Part shown: in pieces, positions 1 through 8,338 of the stretch
Layout: the number at the start of each line of letters is the position of its first letter
Numbering within the stretch: position 1 is the stretch's first letter
NCBI GenBank assembly: GCA_965140785.1
Contig: OZ223519.1
Location: 224,001 to 288,000, forward strand
DNA from: an uncultured Ruficoccus sp.
GTDB lineage: Bacteria; Verrucomicrobiota; Verrucomicrobiia; Opitutales; Cerasicoccaceae
Reading direction: 5' to 3'
Length of the DNA: 64,000 bases
Made by a program: the position numbers and the translations under genes
The notes under the pieces: generated by a model
Database searches by the model: none
What the model was told of the DNA's origin: nothing
Seen by the model: the letters and a program-made list of their open reading frames with translations, nothing else

Positions 1-818
1 TGAAGGCGGGCAAGCACGTCCTGTGCGAGAAGCCGCTGGCGGTGAATTATCCTGATGCCCGCCGGATGGTGAACGCCGCCAAAAAGGCCGGCGTAATCAA
101 CATGGTCAACCTCTCCTACCGCGACATGCCGAGCCTTCAGGCCGTGGCGAAGCTGATCCACAGCGGTAAACTGGGAGACATCCGCCACGTCGAGGCCAGC
201 TACCTGCAGGCCTGGCTCGCGAGCAAAGTCTGGGGCGACTGGCGGACGACACCGGCCTGGCTCTGGCGCCTCTCCAGCGCCCACGGCAGCAAGGGCGTGC
301 TGGGTGATGTCGGCGTGCACATCCTGGACTTCGCGACCTTCCCGGTCGGCCCGTTGAAAAACGTTTACTGCAAGCTCAAGACCTTCGACAAGGCCCCCGG
401 CAACCGCATCGGTGAGTACACGCTCGATGCCAACGACAGCGCCGTGATGACGGTGGAGTTCGCCAACGGCGCACTCGGTTCGATCCACACCACCCGCTGG
501 GTTGGCGGCCATAAAAACCGCCTCCACCTCAAAATCGCCGGCACCCGTGGCACGGTCGAGATCGACACCGACTGGGGGAACGACATCTATCGCGCCTGCC
601 TCGGGCGCAATCTGGACAAAGCCGAGTGGCGCGAGCACAAGGCCAAGGCCACGCCGAACAACTACGCCCGTTTCATCCGAAGCATCCGCACGGGCAAGCA
701 GGATATTCCCGACTTCGCCCGCGGGGCCGAAGTGCAGAAGGTGCTCGACGCCTGCTTTGAGTCGGACGAGCGCCAGGCTCCGGTCACCTTCCGGGGTAAC
801 TCCCGGGCGAAAAAGTGA
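1..818 (+). CDS. Gfo/Idh/MocA family oxidoreductase (5' truncated by window edge)
   Basis: Frame is open from base 3 (KAGKHVLCEKPLAVN, EKP motif); GVLGDVGVHILD motif. Confidence 0.9.
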   Translation, partial: KAGKHVLCEKPLAVNYPDARRMVNAAKKAGVINMVNLSYRDMPSLQAVAKLIHSGKLGDIRHVEASYLQAWLASKVWGDWRTTPAWLWRLSSAHGSKGVLGDVGVHILDFATFPVGPLKNVYCKLKTFDKAPGNRIGEYTLDANDSAVMTVEFANGALGSIHTTRWVGGHKNRLHLKIAGTRGTVEIDTDWGNDIYRACLGRNLDKAEWREHKAKATPNNYARFIRSIRTGKQDIPDFARGAEVQKVLDACFESDERQAPVTFRGNSRAKK

Positions 819-836
819 GCCGCCGCGCGCGCCAGC

Positions 837-1658
837 TCAGGCCAGTCCCAGCTTGCGGGTGAATGCCACGAGCGCTTCCTCGTGGGGCTTGAACAGCTCC
901 ACGGGGCAGTTCGTATCCAAAATATGATACAGGTCGGCCCAGCTTTTCTCCTCCTCGCCGGGGATGATCGGGTGAAAGAAAACGCCGCTTTTTTGGGCGG
1001 CGTGCCAGTCGCCCGGCGAATCGCCGATCGTCAGGACCGTGTGGCCCGCCTCGGTGAGTTGGCGCAGGCATTCGGCCTTGGAGCAGCGCTCCTGGGTGAC
1101 GTAGTCGCTGACGTGCTGGTCGAGTCCGGCCTCTTTCCACTCGGCCATGATGGTGGCACGGTTGGCGGAGGAGACGACGTGGACATCGGCGTGGGCCGAG
1201 ATTTTTTTGATGAACCGGGCCGCGCTGGGAAAGGGCGGTAGCTCGGTATCGAGGGCGGCTACGCGGCGGTTAACCGCCTCGCACCAAGTCAGGGCCTGCT
1301 TCAGGAATGTGTCGTCGGCGCGGGCCAGTTCGGCCTCGATCTTGTCCGGAGAGGGTGAGGTGTGGGTGTGGGCGAGCTGCTCCATCCGCGTGATGTCGGG
1401 CCGCTCGAACCCGGCGGGAAGGTCCGCGTCGGGAAAGGTTCGCCAGAACTCCAGCAGGGCGAGGAAGCGGTTTACGCCCCGGCTGTGGGAAAAGAGGTTG
1501 ATCCGGTCCCACTCGGCTTGCACGGCGGGTTGAACGGCGTCGAGCTGCCAGACCTCGATCAGGGCCGGGCCGAAGCACTGGCGGTGCTTGAGGGACATGT
1601 TGTCGAAGACGCAGCCATCGGAGTCGATGGCCACGGCGTAGGATTGGGAATCGGACAT
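837..1658 (-). CDS. HAD-superfamily hydrolase/phosphatase
   Basis: Motif I DSDGCVFD, motif II VVSS, motif IV IGDSPGD. Confidence 0.85.
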   Translation of the reverse strand: MSDSQSYAVAIDSDGCVFDNMSLKHRQCFGPALIEVWQLDAVQPAVQAEWDRINLFSHSRGVNRFLALLEFWRTFPDADLPAGFERPDITRMEQLAHTHTSPSPDKIEAELARADDTFLKQALTWCEAVNRRVAALDTELPPFPSAARFIKKISAHADVHVVSSANRATIMAEWKEAGLDQHVSDYVTQERCSKAECLRQLTEAGHTVLTIGDSPGDWHAAQKSGVFFHPIIPGEEEKSWADLYHILDTNCPVELFKPHEEALVAFTRKLGLA

Positions 1659-1667
1659 GGGTGTGGG

Positions 1668-2690
1668 TTAGCGGGTGGTTTGGCCCCGGTGAACGGAGGC
1701 GGGCAGAAGGATTTTGACCGGTTTCTCCGGGGTGCCGCGTTCGTTGGCGTAAATGAGGCGTAGCAGTTGCGAGACGGCCTGAGCCCCGGCCCCGACTCCG
1801 TCCTCGACGACGCCGCTGAGGCTCCCGCCGGGCCGGGCCGCGCTGACGCTGGCCAGGGAAATATCCTGGGGCACGCGCAGGCCGGATTCCTCCAGCGCGT
1901 GGAGAATTTCCTGCGGACTGATGCACAGGAGGATGTCGGGCGTGTGGCGGTGGATCCACCGCAGCATCGCTTTGGGGTCGAGCTGGGAATACTTGTGCAG
2001 GGGGACGTGCTCGAGGGCCGAGTTCTCGGCCTGCTGGCGCAGGAAGCAGGCTTCCCACTGGCCACCGATGCGCTGGTCCGAGGGCGTGTGCAGGATCAGG
2101 CCCGGCCGCCGGTAGCCCCAGGCGAGACAGGCATCCAGCAGGAGGCCCATGTTCGCGTAGTGGTTGCTCATGACCTGATGCAGCAGCGGCGTGTGCAGGG
2201 TCGGGCCGATGGCGACGGCGGCGAGGTTTTGCCAGTCCAGTTCGAGCGCGGACTGTTCGGGCGGCAGCGGCGCCACCACCACGCCCATCGTGCCGCGGGC
2301 GCGCAGGATCTGGTCGATCCGGGCCGGGGGCATATCGGCGGTGACTTTGAACTTCTCCAGGCTCAGGCCGTGGCGGGCGGCCTCGTCCCGTGCCCCGCGC
2401 TCGAACTCCGGGTAGATCGGCTCCCGGCGCAGAACCGGTGAGAGCGCCTCGAAGGACAGGTACGCCGCAGTCAGGACCGGTTGTGGCCGACTGTGGCTGC
2501 GGCGGCTCTGCATCAGCGCGGTGACCAGCGGGTTGGGCCGGTAGCCCAGGCTGCGGGCTACGGCCACGACCCGCTCGCGGGTGGCGGTGGAGATGCGCGG
2601 GCTGCCGCGCAGGGCCAGTGACACGGTTGAGGTGTGGACCTGGGCGGCCCGCGCTATGTCGTTCATCGTCACAGATTCCTGCCCGCTCAT
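1668..2690 (-). CDS. LacI family transcriptional regulator
   Basis: N-terminal VTMNDIARAAQVHTSTVSLAL HTH, GYRPN hinge, GLRVPQDISL. Confidence 0.92.
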   Translation of the reverse strand: MSGQESVTMNDIARAAQVHTSTVSLALRGSPRISTATRERVVAVARSLGYRPNPLVTALMQSRRSHSRPQPVLTAAYLSFEALSPVLRREPIYPEFERGARDEAARHGLSLEKFKVTADMPPARIDQILRARGTMGVVVAPLPPEQSALELDWQNLAAVAIGPTLHTPLLHQVMSNHYANMGLLLDACLAWGYRRPGLILHTPSDQRIGGQWEACFLRQQAENSALEHVPLHKYSQLDPKAMLRWIHRHTPDILLCISPQEILHALEESGLRVPQDISLASVSAARPGGSLSGVVEDGVGAGAQAVSQLLRLIYANERGTPEKPVKILLPASVHRGQTTR

Positions 2691-2765
2691 GCCGGTTACT
2701 CTGACAGAAAAACCGGACGTTTAAAGCATGAAGCCCGTCGTAAATACTGGACTAAAAAGCCGAGG

Positions 2766-4469
2766 TCAGGCCCCGGCCTTTCCGTACAGGTGGGCGGCGA
2801 TCTCGTGGATGGATTCCGGGGAGGAGCCGTAGCTGAGCACGACCGTTCCGAAGCTGTCGTCGAGCGACAGGGGCAGATCGGTATTGGTCACGATGACGAC
2901 CGGCTTGGGGCAGGTACGGACGAATTCCTTCACGAACTCGTGCCCGTTGGCCCCGCGGCGGTAGTAAATGTTGGTCATGACGACGACGTCCGCCTCGTCG
3001 AGGCGGTTGGCGATGCGCTCGCGGTCGCCCTCCTCGTAGCTCATCTTGACCTCGACCATGGGAATGTTCGGGCTGTGTTCGAGCATGGACTCCCAGAGCA
3101 GGCCGGGGTGGCACTCCTGGCTGTTGACGTTGATGTGCAGGGTGTTGGCCTGCTCGACCAGCAGGACGCGGGTCTCGGGCTTGAGCGGGAGCAGCCCCTG
3201 CTCGTCGCGCAGGACGGAGGTGGTGCGCTCGGCGGCGTCGCGGGCGATCTCAATGACCTCGGGCGAACGTGCGGGCTGGTCCGCCTCGGCGGCCTCGACC
3301 AGTGCGCCGGTCTCGAAGAGGCCGTACTCGGCCTTGACCTTGAGCACGCGCTCGGCGGCGTCGTTGAGGCGCTCTTCGCTGATGTGGCCGGACTCGACGG
3401 CTTCGACGACCTTGGCATACACCTCGTCCACGAGCTTGCTCTCGTCGCGCAGGAGTATGAGGTCGGTCCCGGCGTTGATGGCCTTGATGACGGCCTCGTG
3501 GACCTCGTACTTTTCCAAAATAGCGCCCATCGTGATGTCGTCCGAGGTAACGGCCCCGGCGAAGCCCAGTTCGCCCTTGAGGAAGTCGGTGATGATCGGC
3601 TTGGAGAGCGAGGCGGGGTCGCCGGAGGGGTCGAGCGCGGGATAAGTCGTGTGCGCGGTCATGATGGAGGGCACGCCTGCGTCAATCAGCTCGCGGAAGG
3701 GCCGGATGTGCTCCTCCAGCGCCTCGCGGTCAAGTTCGACCGTGGGCAGGCCGTGGTGGGCGTCGCCGATGGAGTGGCCGCGACCGGGGAAGTGCTTGGC
3801 AGTGGCAATGGTGCCAGCGCGCTTGAGGCCCTCGAAGATCTTCATCCCGTACTCGATCACGGTGTCGGCGTTGTCGCCGAGGCTGCGGGTGCCGATCTCC
3901 GGGTTGAGCGGGTCGGTGTTGACGTCGAGGATCGGCCAGTGAATCCACTGGCAACCGAGAGCGCCCATCTGCGCGCCTACGGCCCAGCCGACCGAATCAG
4001 CCAGCGCTGGGTCGCCGCTCTGGGCCAGGCCCTTGCTGCTGGGGAAGAAACGCAGCGGGCTGCGGGGGAAGTCCGCGCTGATGTCGCCCTCCATGTCGTA
4101 GGTCACATGCAGCGGAATGGCGGCGGGGTTCGCCAGGGCGGCCTGCTTGAGCCGGTTGAGGAACTCAGCGTACTCGGCGCAGGTGAGGTAGGGCGGAGGG
4201 AGGCCCTTGAGGAAGTCCTTGACCGTGCCGGTCGGGCTGCGCAGAGCCCGGTGGGCGTATTTTTCGCCAACCGCGTAAGGATCATAGTAGGCCGACTTGA
4301 TGCGGAAGTTCATCCCCATGCGGACACCGGCGGGGCGGATGGTGGCGATGCGCTCAAGGATCGCGGGCGTGATCATACTGCCGGTGAAGCCGATGACGAA
4401 GCATTGGCCGACCTTGTCCTGAATGGACATTTTTTCCAGCGTGGCGGAGATATCGGGAGAGGTTTTCAT
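2766..4469 (-). CDS. GH3 beta-N-acetylhexosaminidase-like glycoside hydrolase (no signal peptide)
   Basis: DMEG, NPEIGTRS, KHFPGRGxxxxDAH, IMTAH and SDD motifs; C-terminal GH3 domain. Confidence 0.88.
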   Translation of the reverse strand: MKTSPDISATLEKMSIQDKVGQCFVIGFTGSMITPAILERIATIRPAGVRMGMNFRIKSAYYDPYAVGEKYAHRALRSPTGTVKDFLKGLPPPYLTCAEYAEFLNRLKQAALANPAAIPLHVTYDMEGDISADFPRSPLRFFPSSKGLAQSGDPALADSVGWAVGAQMGALGCQWIHWPILDVNTDPLNPEIGTRSLGDNADTVIEYGMKIFEGLKRAGTIATAKHFPGRGHSIGDAHHGLPTVELDREALEEHIRPFRELIDAGVPSIMTAHTTYPALDPSGDPASLSKPIITDFLKGELGFAGAVTSDDITMGAILEKYEVHEAVIKAINAGTDLILLRDESKLVDEVYAKVVEAVESGHISEERLNDAAERVLKVKAEYGLFETGALVEAAEADQPARSPEVIEIARDAAERTTSVLRDEQGLLPLKPETRVLLVEQANTLHINVNSQECHPGLLWESMLEHSPNIPMVEVKMSYEEGDRERIANRLDEADVVVMTNIYYRRGANGHEFVKEFVRTCPKPVVIVTNTDLPLSLDDSFGTVVLSYGSSPESIHEIAAHLYGKAGA

Positions 4470-4717
4470 AGTGGTAAACGGAGCTTGAGTTATTTACTCC
4501 ATCCCATGCTGCCGGGGCTTCCTGGACAATGCTCCCTCGGTTCATATCGTTGAATTTGTGGAATATTCCGCCGTCCGAAATTGTAAAAACGATTATTTGC
4601 AGTAGGTTAGGGATACGATTCAGGTAAAAATCACTCACGTGTAAGTTTCACGCTGGACGTCGGCTCAGGGCATGGTTGTATGTCGCTTCGACAGTAGCAG
4701 CTCGGAATTTGCCATCT

Positions 4718-5920
4718 ATGCAATCACAGGAAGTCAAGCAGGTTCAGGACATCTACCGGATGAGTATTCCGGCGTTGTTCGACGCGCTCCTGAAGGAGTC
4801 GGAGGACTGCATATACTTCAAGGACATGAAGTGCCGGTTCGTGTATGTCAGTGACCGGCACGCCCAGAAGTTCGGGGTGAACTCCGTGGACGAGATCGTG
4901 GGCAAGACCGATTTCGATTTTTTTACCGAGGAGCACGCCCGACAGGCTTACGAGGACGAGCAGGAGATCCTGCGCACAGGGAAGCCCCTGATCAATGAGA
5001 CCGAGAAGGAGACCTGGTCCGACGGCAGCATCACCTGGGTAACCTCGACGAAAATCCCCCTGCACCTGAACTCCGGCAAGTTGGTCGGCATTCTGGGTAT
5101 TTCCCGCGACATCACCCGCGAGAAGCTCGCGCAGGACAAGCTGGAAGAGTCCGAGCGGCGGCTGCGGGAAAAGAACCGCATCCTCCAGATCGACTACGAC
5201 AACGCCCGCCGCGTGCAGAGCGCGCTCATCCCCGGCGAATCCCAGCCGTGCAGCTTTCTGGACTATTCAGTTATTTACAATCCGCTGGAGGCGGTCGGCG
5301 GCGACGTGATCAGCTTTCCCGCCGCCCAGCCGGAGGAGTTTATGGTCATCCTCGGGGATGTCTGCGGGCACGGCATCTCCGCGGCGCTCTACACCCTGCT
5401 GGTCAAGCATGTGGCCGACCAGGCCGTGACCAGTTCGCCCGACCACCTGGAGGTGGCGATGGAGCAGGTCCAGAAGGAAATGTCCGATCTGGTGCGCCCG
5501 AACTACGTCACCATGGTGGCCGGACGCATCCGCCGCCAGGATGCGGGTTACGTGCTGGAGGTCGCCCATGCCGGGCATCCCGACATCCTGCACTACGACC
5601 ACAGCCGTCAGCAGGTGGACGTGATCCGCCTCAAGCCGCAGGACGCGATCGGTTTCGTCACCGGGCGCGACCGCTTCGGGCAGAGCTTTGAGCTTTCCGA
5701 GGGGGACCGGCTGCTATTTTACACCGACGGGGTAGTGGAAACCGTCAACGAGTGCGCTGAAGAATTTGAACTCGATCGCCTGGTCAAGGCGTTCGAAGCG
5801 GAGCTTGAGACTCCGATCAAGGACATGGCGGCAGGTATCCACAAGCGCGTCCGTGCCTTCCGGGGTAAAGCTCCCCGTATGGACGACGTCACCCTCATGG
5901 CCGTCGAAATCACCGGGTAG
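4718..5920 (+). CDS. PAS-domain PP2C/SpoIIE (RsbU-like) serine phosphatase
   Basis: PAS/PAC (GKTDFDFF...GISRDIT), then VGGD, GDVCGHG, YTDG and DDVT motifs; start set at ATG 4718. Confidence 0.9.
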   Translation: MQSQEVKQVQDIYRMSIPALFDALLKESEDCIYFKDMKCRFVYVSDRHAQKFGVNSVDEIVGKTDFDFFTEEHARQAYEDEQEILRTGKPLINETEKETWSDGSITWVTSTKIPLHLNSGKLVGILGISRDITREKLAQDKLEESERRLREKNRILQIDYDNARRVQSALIPGESQPCSFLDYSVIYNPLEAVGGDVISFPAAQPEEFMVILGDVCGHGISAALYTLLVKHVADQAVTSSPDHLEVAMEQVQKEMSDLVRPNYVTMVAGRIRRQDAGYVLEVAHAGHPDILHYDHSRQQVDVIRLKPQDAIGFVTGRDRFGQSFELSEGDRLLFYTDGVVETVNECAEEFELDRLVKAFEAELETPIKDMAAGIHKRVRAFRGKAPRMDDVTLMAVEITG

Positions 5921-5955
5921 CACCGGGTGGCAATGAGGGGCTGCGGTGTAACCCG

Positions 5956-7440
5956 CTACCATTGCGGGAGTTGACCGTCCCACCATCTCGGGTCCTGAAA
6001 GATGAGTCCTTTGTCAGGATCGTCGGGCATTGGCAGGACGGGGTAGGGCTTCCACTGGTCGTCGCTGGCTTCTTCGGTTTGCCCGGTGCCACGCACCCAG
6101 CCCTGGCAATCCTGCCGCAGGCGGGCCAGTTGGGGATGGGCAGGTTCGCGGGAAGCGAGATTAACCTGTTCGAGTGGGTCGGTCTTGAGGTCGAAGAGGT
6201 ACTCCTTCTGGTCCGGGGCGCTGTAGATGTATTTCCACTCCTGATCTACTCCCATGTAGAGTCCTTCTCCGCCCGCGTTGAACTGCGAGTATACGCGTTC
6301 GCGTTGGGCGGAGCCGTCGGCCAGATCGCGCAGGGAAAGTCCATCATGCTGGCCGTCCTCGCTCTTCAGCCCGGCGGCCTGGGTAAAGGTCGGAGCGAAG
6401 TCCACCAGGCTGGCCGGGGTTTCGCAACGGGTACCGGCCTGGAAGCCGTCCGGCCAGCGCACCAGCAGCGGGACACGGGCGGAGACGTCGTGCATGCCAC
6501 GCTTGCCGAAGCAGCCGTAGTCGCCGAGGTATTCTCCGTGGTCGGCGGAGTAGAGGATCAGGGTGTTCTCGAGCTGTCCGGTCTCCTCCAAGGCTTGGAG
6601 GACACGCCCGACTTGCATGTCGATGAAGCTGATGCAGGCGTAGTAGTAAGCCCGCTGGCAGCGCACGAGGTTGAGGTCGATGCCGCCGCGGTCGCGGTAC
6701 TTGGTGCGGTTCTGCTGGCGGTTGATGAAAAAAGTCAGGTCGGCAATGTCCTCCGGGATGCGCGGCAGCGGCATGTCCGGGGCGCGGTAGAGCTTGTGCC
6801 AGGGGACGGGCGGAGCGAAGGGCGGATGCGGGTGGATGAAGCTGCCGTACAGGTACCAGGTCTCGTCGGACGTTTGGCTGTTTTTAATGAAGTCCACCGT
6901 GCGGTCGCCGACCCAGTGGGTCGGGTGTTCGTGGGGCGGCAGGACGCTGGGCTGGGGGACGTAGTACATCTCGCCGCGGATGCCGTGCGGCTCCAGCACC
7001 CAGTCGTAGCCATGCTCGACGAGGCCACGGGCGTAATCGTCATCCTCACGACTGGCTGGGATCTCTTCCTGGTAGTCGCGACTGGCAAAGCCCCGGCCCT
7101 CATACGGATCGGGGGTGAAGTGGCACTTGCCCACGCCGTGGGTGCGGTAACCGGCTTCAGTGAGACGCTCCATGAACGAGGGCTGCTCGCTGTTGGCGGG
7201 CATGGAGTAGCCGTTACGGTAGCAGCCGGTGCGGCCGGGGTAGTGGCCGGTGATCATACAGGCGCGGGCCGGGACGCACTCCGGGCAGGGCGTGTAGGCC
7301 CGGGTGAAGGCCAGCCCCTCGCGGTCGAGCCGGTCGAGGTTCGGCGTCCGGATGAGGGAGTTGCCCAGCGCGCCAATGGTGTCGAAGCGCTGCTGGTCGG
7401 AAAACAGGTGCAGGATATTGAGGGGGCGTTTCTGAGCCAT
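5956..7440 (-). CDS. Cys-type formylglycine sulfatase (S1 family, no signal peptide)
   Basis: NILHLFSDQQR, CVPARA (CxPxR), GKCH, PHPPF, DHGE; start at MAQKRP. Confidence 0.92.
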   Translation of the reverse strand: MAQKRPLNILHLFSDQQRFDTIGALGNSLIRTPNLDRLDREGLAFTRAYTPCPECVPARACMITGHYPGRTGCYRNGYSMPANSEQPSFMERLTEAGYRTHGVGKCHFTPDPYEGRGFASRDYQEEIPASREDDDYARGLVEHGYDWVLEPHGIRGEMYYVPQPSVLPPHEHPTHWVGDRTVDFIKNSQTSDETWYLYGSFIHPHPPFAPPVPWHKLYRAPDMPLPRIPEDIADLTFFINRQQNRTKYRDRGGIDLNLVRCQRAYYYACISFIDMQVGRVLQALEETGQLENTLILYSADHGEYLGDYGCFGKRGMHDVSARVPLLVRWPDGFQAGTRCETPASLVDFAPTFTQAAGLKSEDGQHDGLSLRDLADGSAQRERVYSQFNAGGEGLYMGVDQEWKYIYSAPDQKEYLFDLKTDPLEQVNLASREPAHPQLARLRQDCQGWVRGTGQTEEASDDQWKPYPVLPMPDDPDKGLIFQDPRWWDGQLPQW

Positions 7441-7510
7441 GCTTCCCAGCGTGCGGGAGAACAGGGGAGGAGCGAGCCCGCCGTTGCACAAAGCGGACTT
7501 GGGCTTGCAA

Positions 7511-7530
7511 AAGTCCAAAAAAATGGACTT
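7511..7530. promoter_or_regulatory. Palindromic operator candidate AAGTCCA-N6-TGGACTT
   Basis: Perfect 7-bp inverted repeat between the divergent sulfatase and IclR-like genes, right after TTGCAA. Confidence 0.6.
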
Positions 7531-7539
7531 AAAGCAAGC

Positions 7540-8325
7540 ATGGGCCAACTGGATCGCGCGTTGACGGTGATGCGGCACCTGCGGGAGCAGGGAGCGGCCC
7601 GCTTTGAGGAGCTGGTCCGCCTGCTCAGCCCCGTCTCGCGCACCACGGTATCGAGCCTGCTGGGCGAGCTGGAGCGCAGGGGTGAGATCGAGCATCGGGG
7701 GCGCTTCTACACCCTTACGCAGGGAAACCTGCTCGCCGCGGGCACGAACATCTACGAGCTGCCGGCGGCGCTCAAGGCGCAGACCCATCCGGTGCTGGAG
7801 GAAGTCTCACGCCGCACCGGCCACGCCAGCGCGCTCTTCGCCCGGGTGGGGGTGATGACGATGAAGATCATGGACGAATTCCGCCCGGAGGGGTCGGACT
7901 GGCAATTCTCGCCCGCCGGGGTGGAGTGGCCGCTGGTGCCCTTTCACGGCTTCGCCAAGGTCTTCCTCGCCCACGCTCGGGAGGACCTCGCCCGTGCCTG
8001 CCATTGGCGCTGGCGGAAGCACCTGCGCCCCGACCTGTGCGAGCAGGATTGGCCCGACTTTCAACGACAGCTCAAGACGATCCGGCGGCATGGCTACGCC
8101 CTGGAGTATCAGGAGGAAATGTCGGCCATCCTGCGGCTGGCGGTGCCGGTCTTTTTATCCGGGCCCGAGCCGGTCTATTTCGCGGTCGGGCTGGTGGCGC
8201 GGTTCATCTACCTGCTGGATATGGAGAGCTGGCTGGGTGTGCTGGACGAGGCCGCTCAAAAACTTCAGCAGACCTTGGAAGGCCGGGTTCCGGCTTTCCG
8301 TTTCGACCTGCAAAAGCGCCCGTGA
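7540..8325 (+). CDS. IclR-like transcriptional regulator
   Basis: MGQLDRALTVM...VSRTTVSSLLGELERRG wHTH; C-terminal effector domain (IRRHGYA...LAVPV). Confidence 0.75.
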   Translation: MGQLDRALTVMRHLREQGAARFEELVRLLSPVSRTTVSSLLGELERRGEIEHRGRFYTLTQGNLLAAGTNIYELPAALKAQTHPVLEEVSRRTGHASALFARVGVMTMKIMDEFRPEGSDWQFSPAGVEWPLVPFHGFAKVFLAHAREDLARACHWRWRKHLRPDLCEQDWPDFQRQLKTIRRHGYALEYQEEMSAILRLAVPVFLSGPEPVYFAVGLVARFIYLLDMESWLGVLDEAAQKLQQTLEGRVPAFRFDLQKRP

Positions 8326-8338
8326 ACCTGTTCCGTCC

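Noticed and set aside
2634..4553. 639-aa + strand ORF
   Set aside because: Antisense shadow of the GH3 gene; typical of high-GC codon bias; no motifs
5962..7539. Apparent 787-aa protein fused to the IclR domain
   Set aside because: The N-terminal 526 aa are antisense to the sulfatase; the likely start is ATG 7540
7441..7788. N-terminal extension of the sulfatase ORF
   Set aside because: Overlaps the divergent regulator; sulfatase homology begins at MAQKRP (7440)
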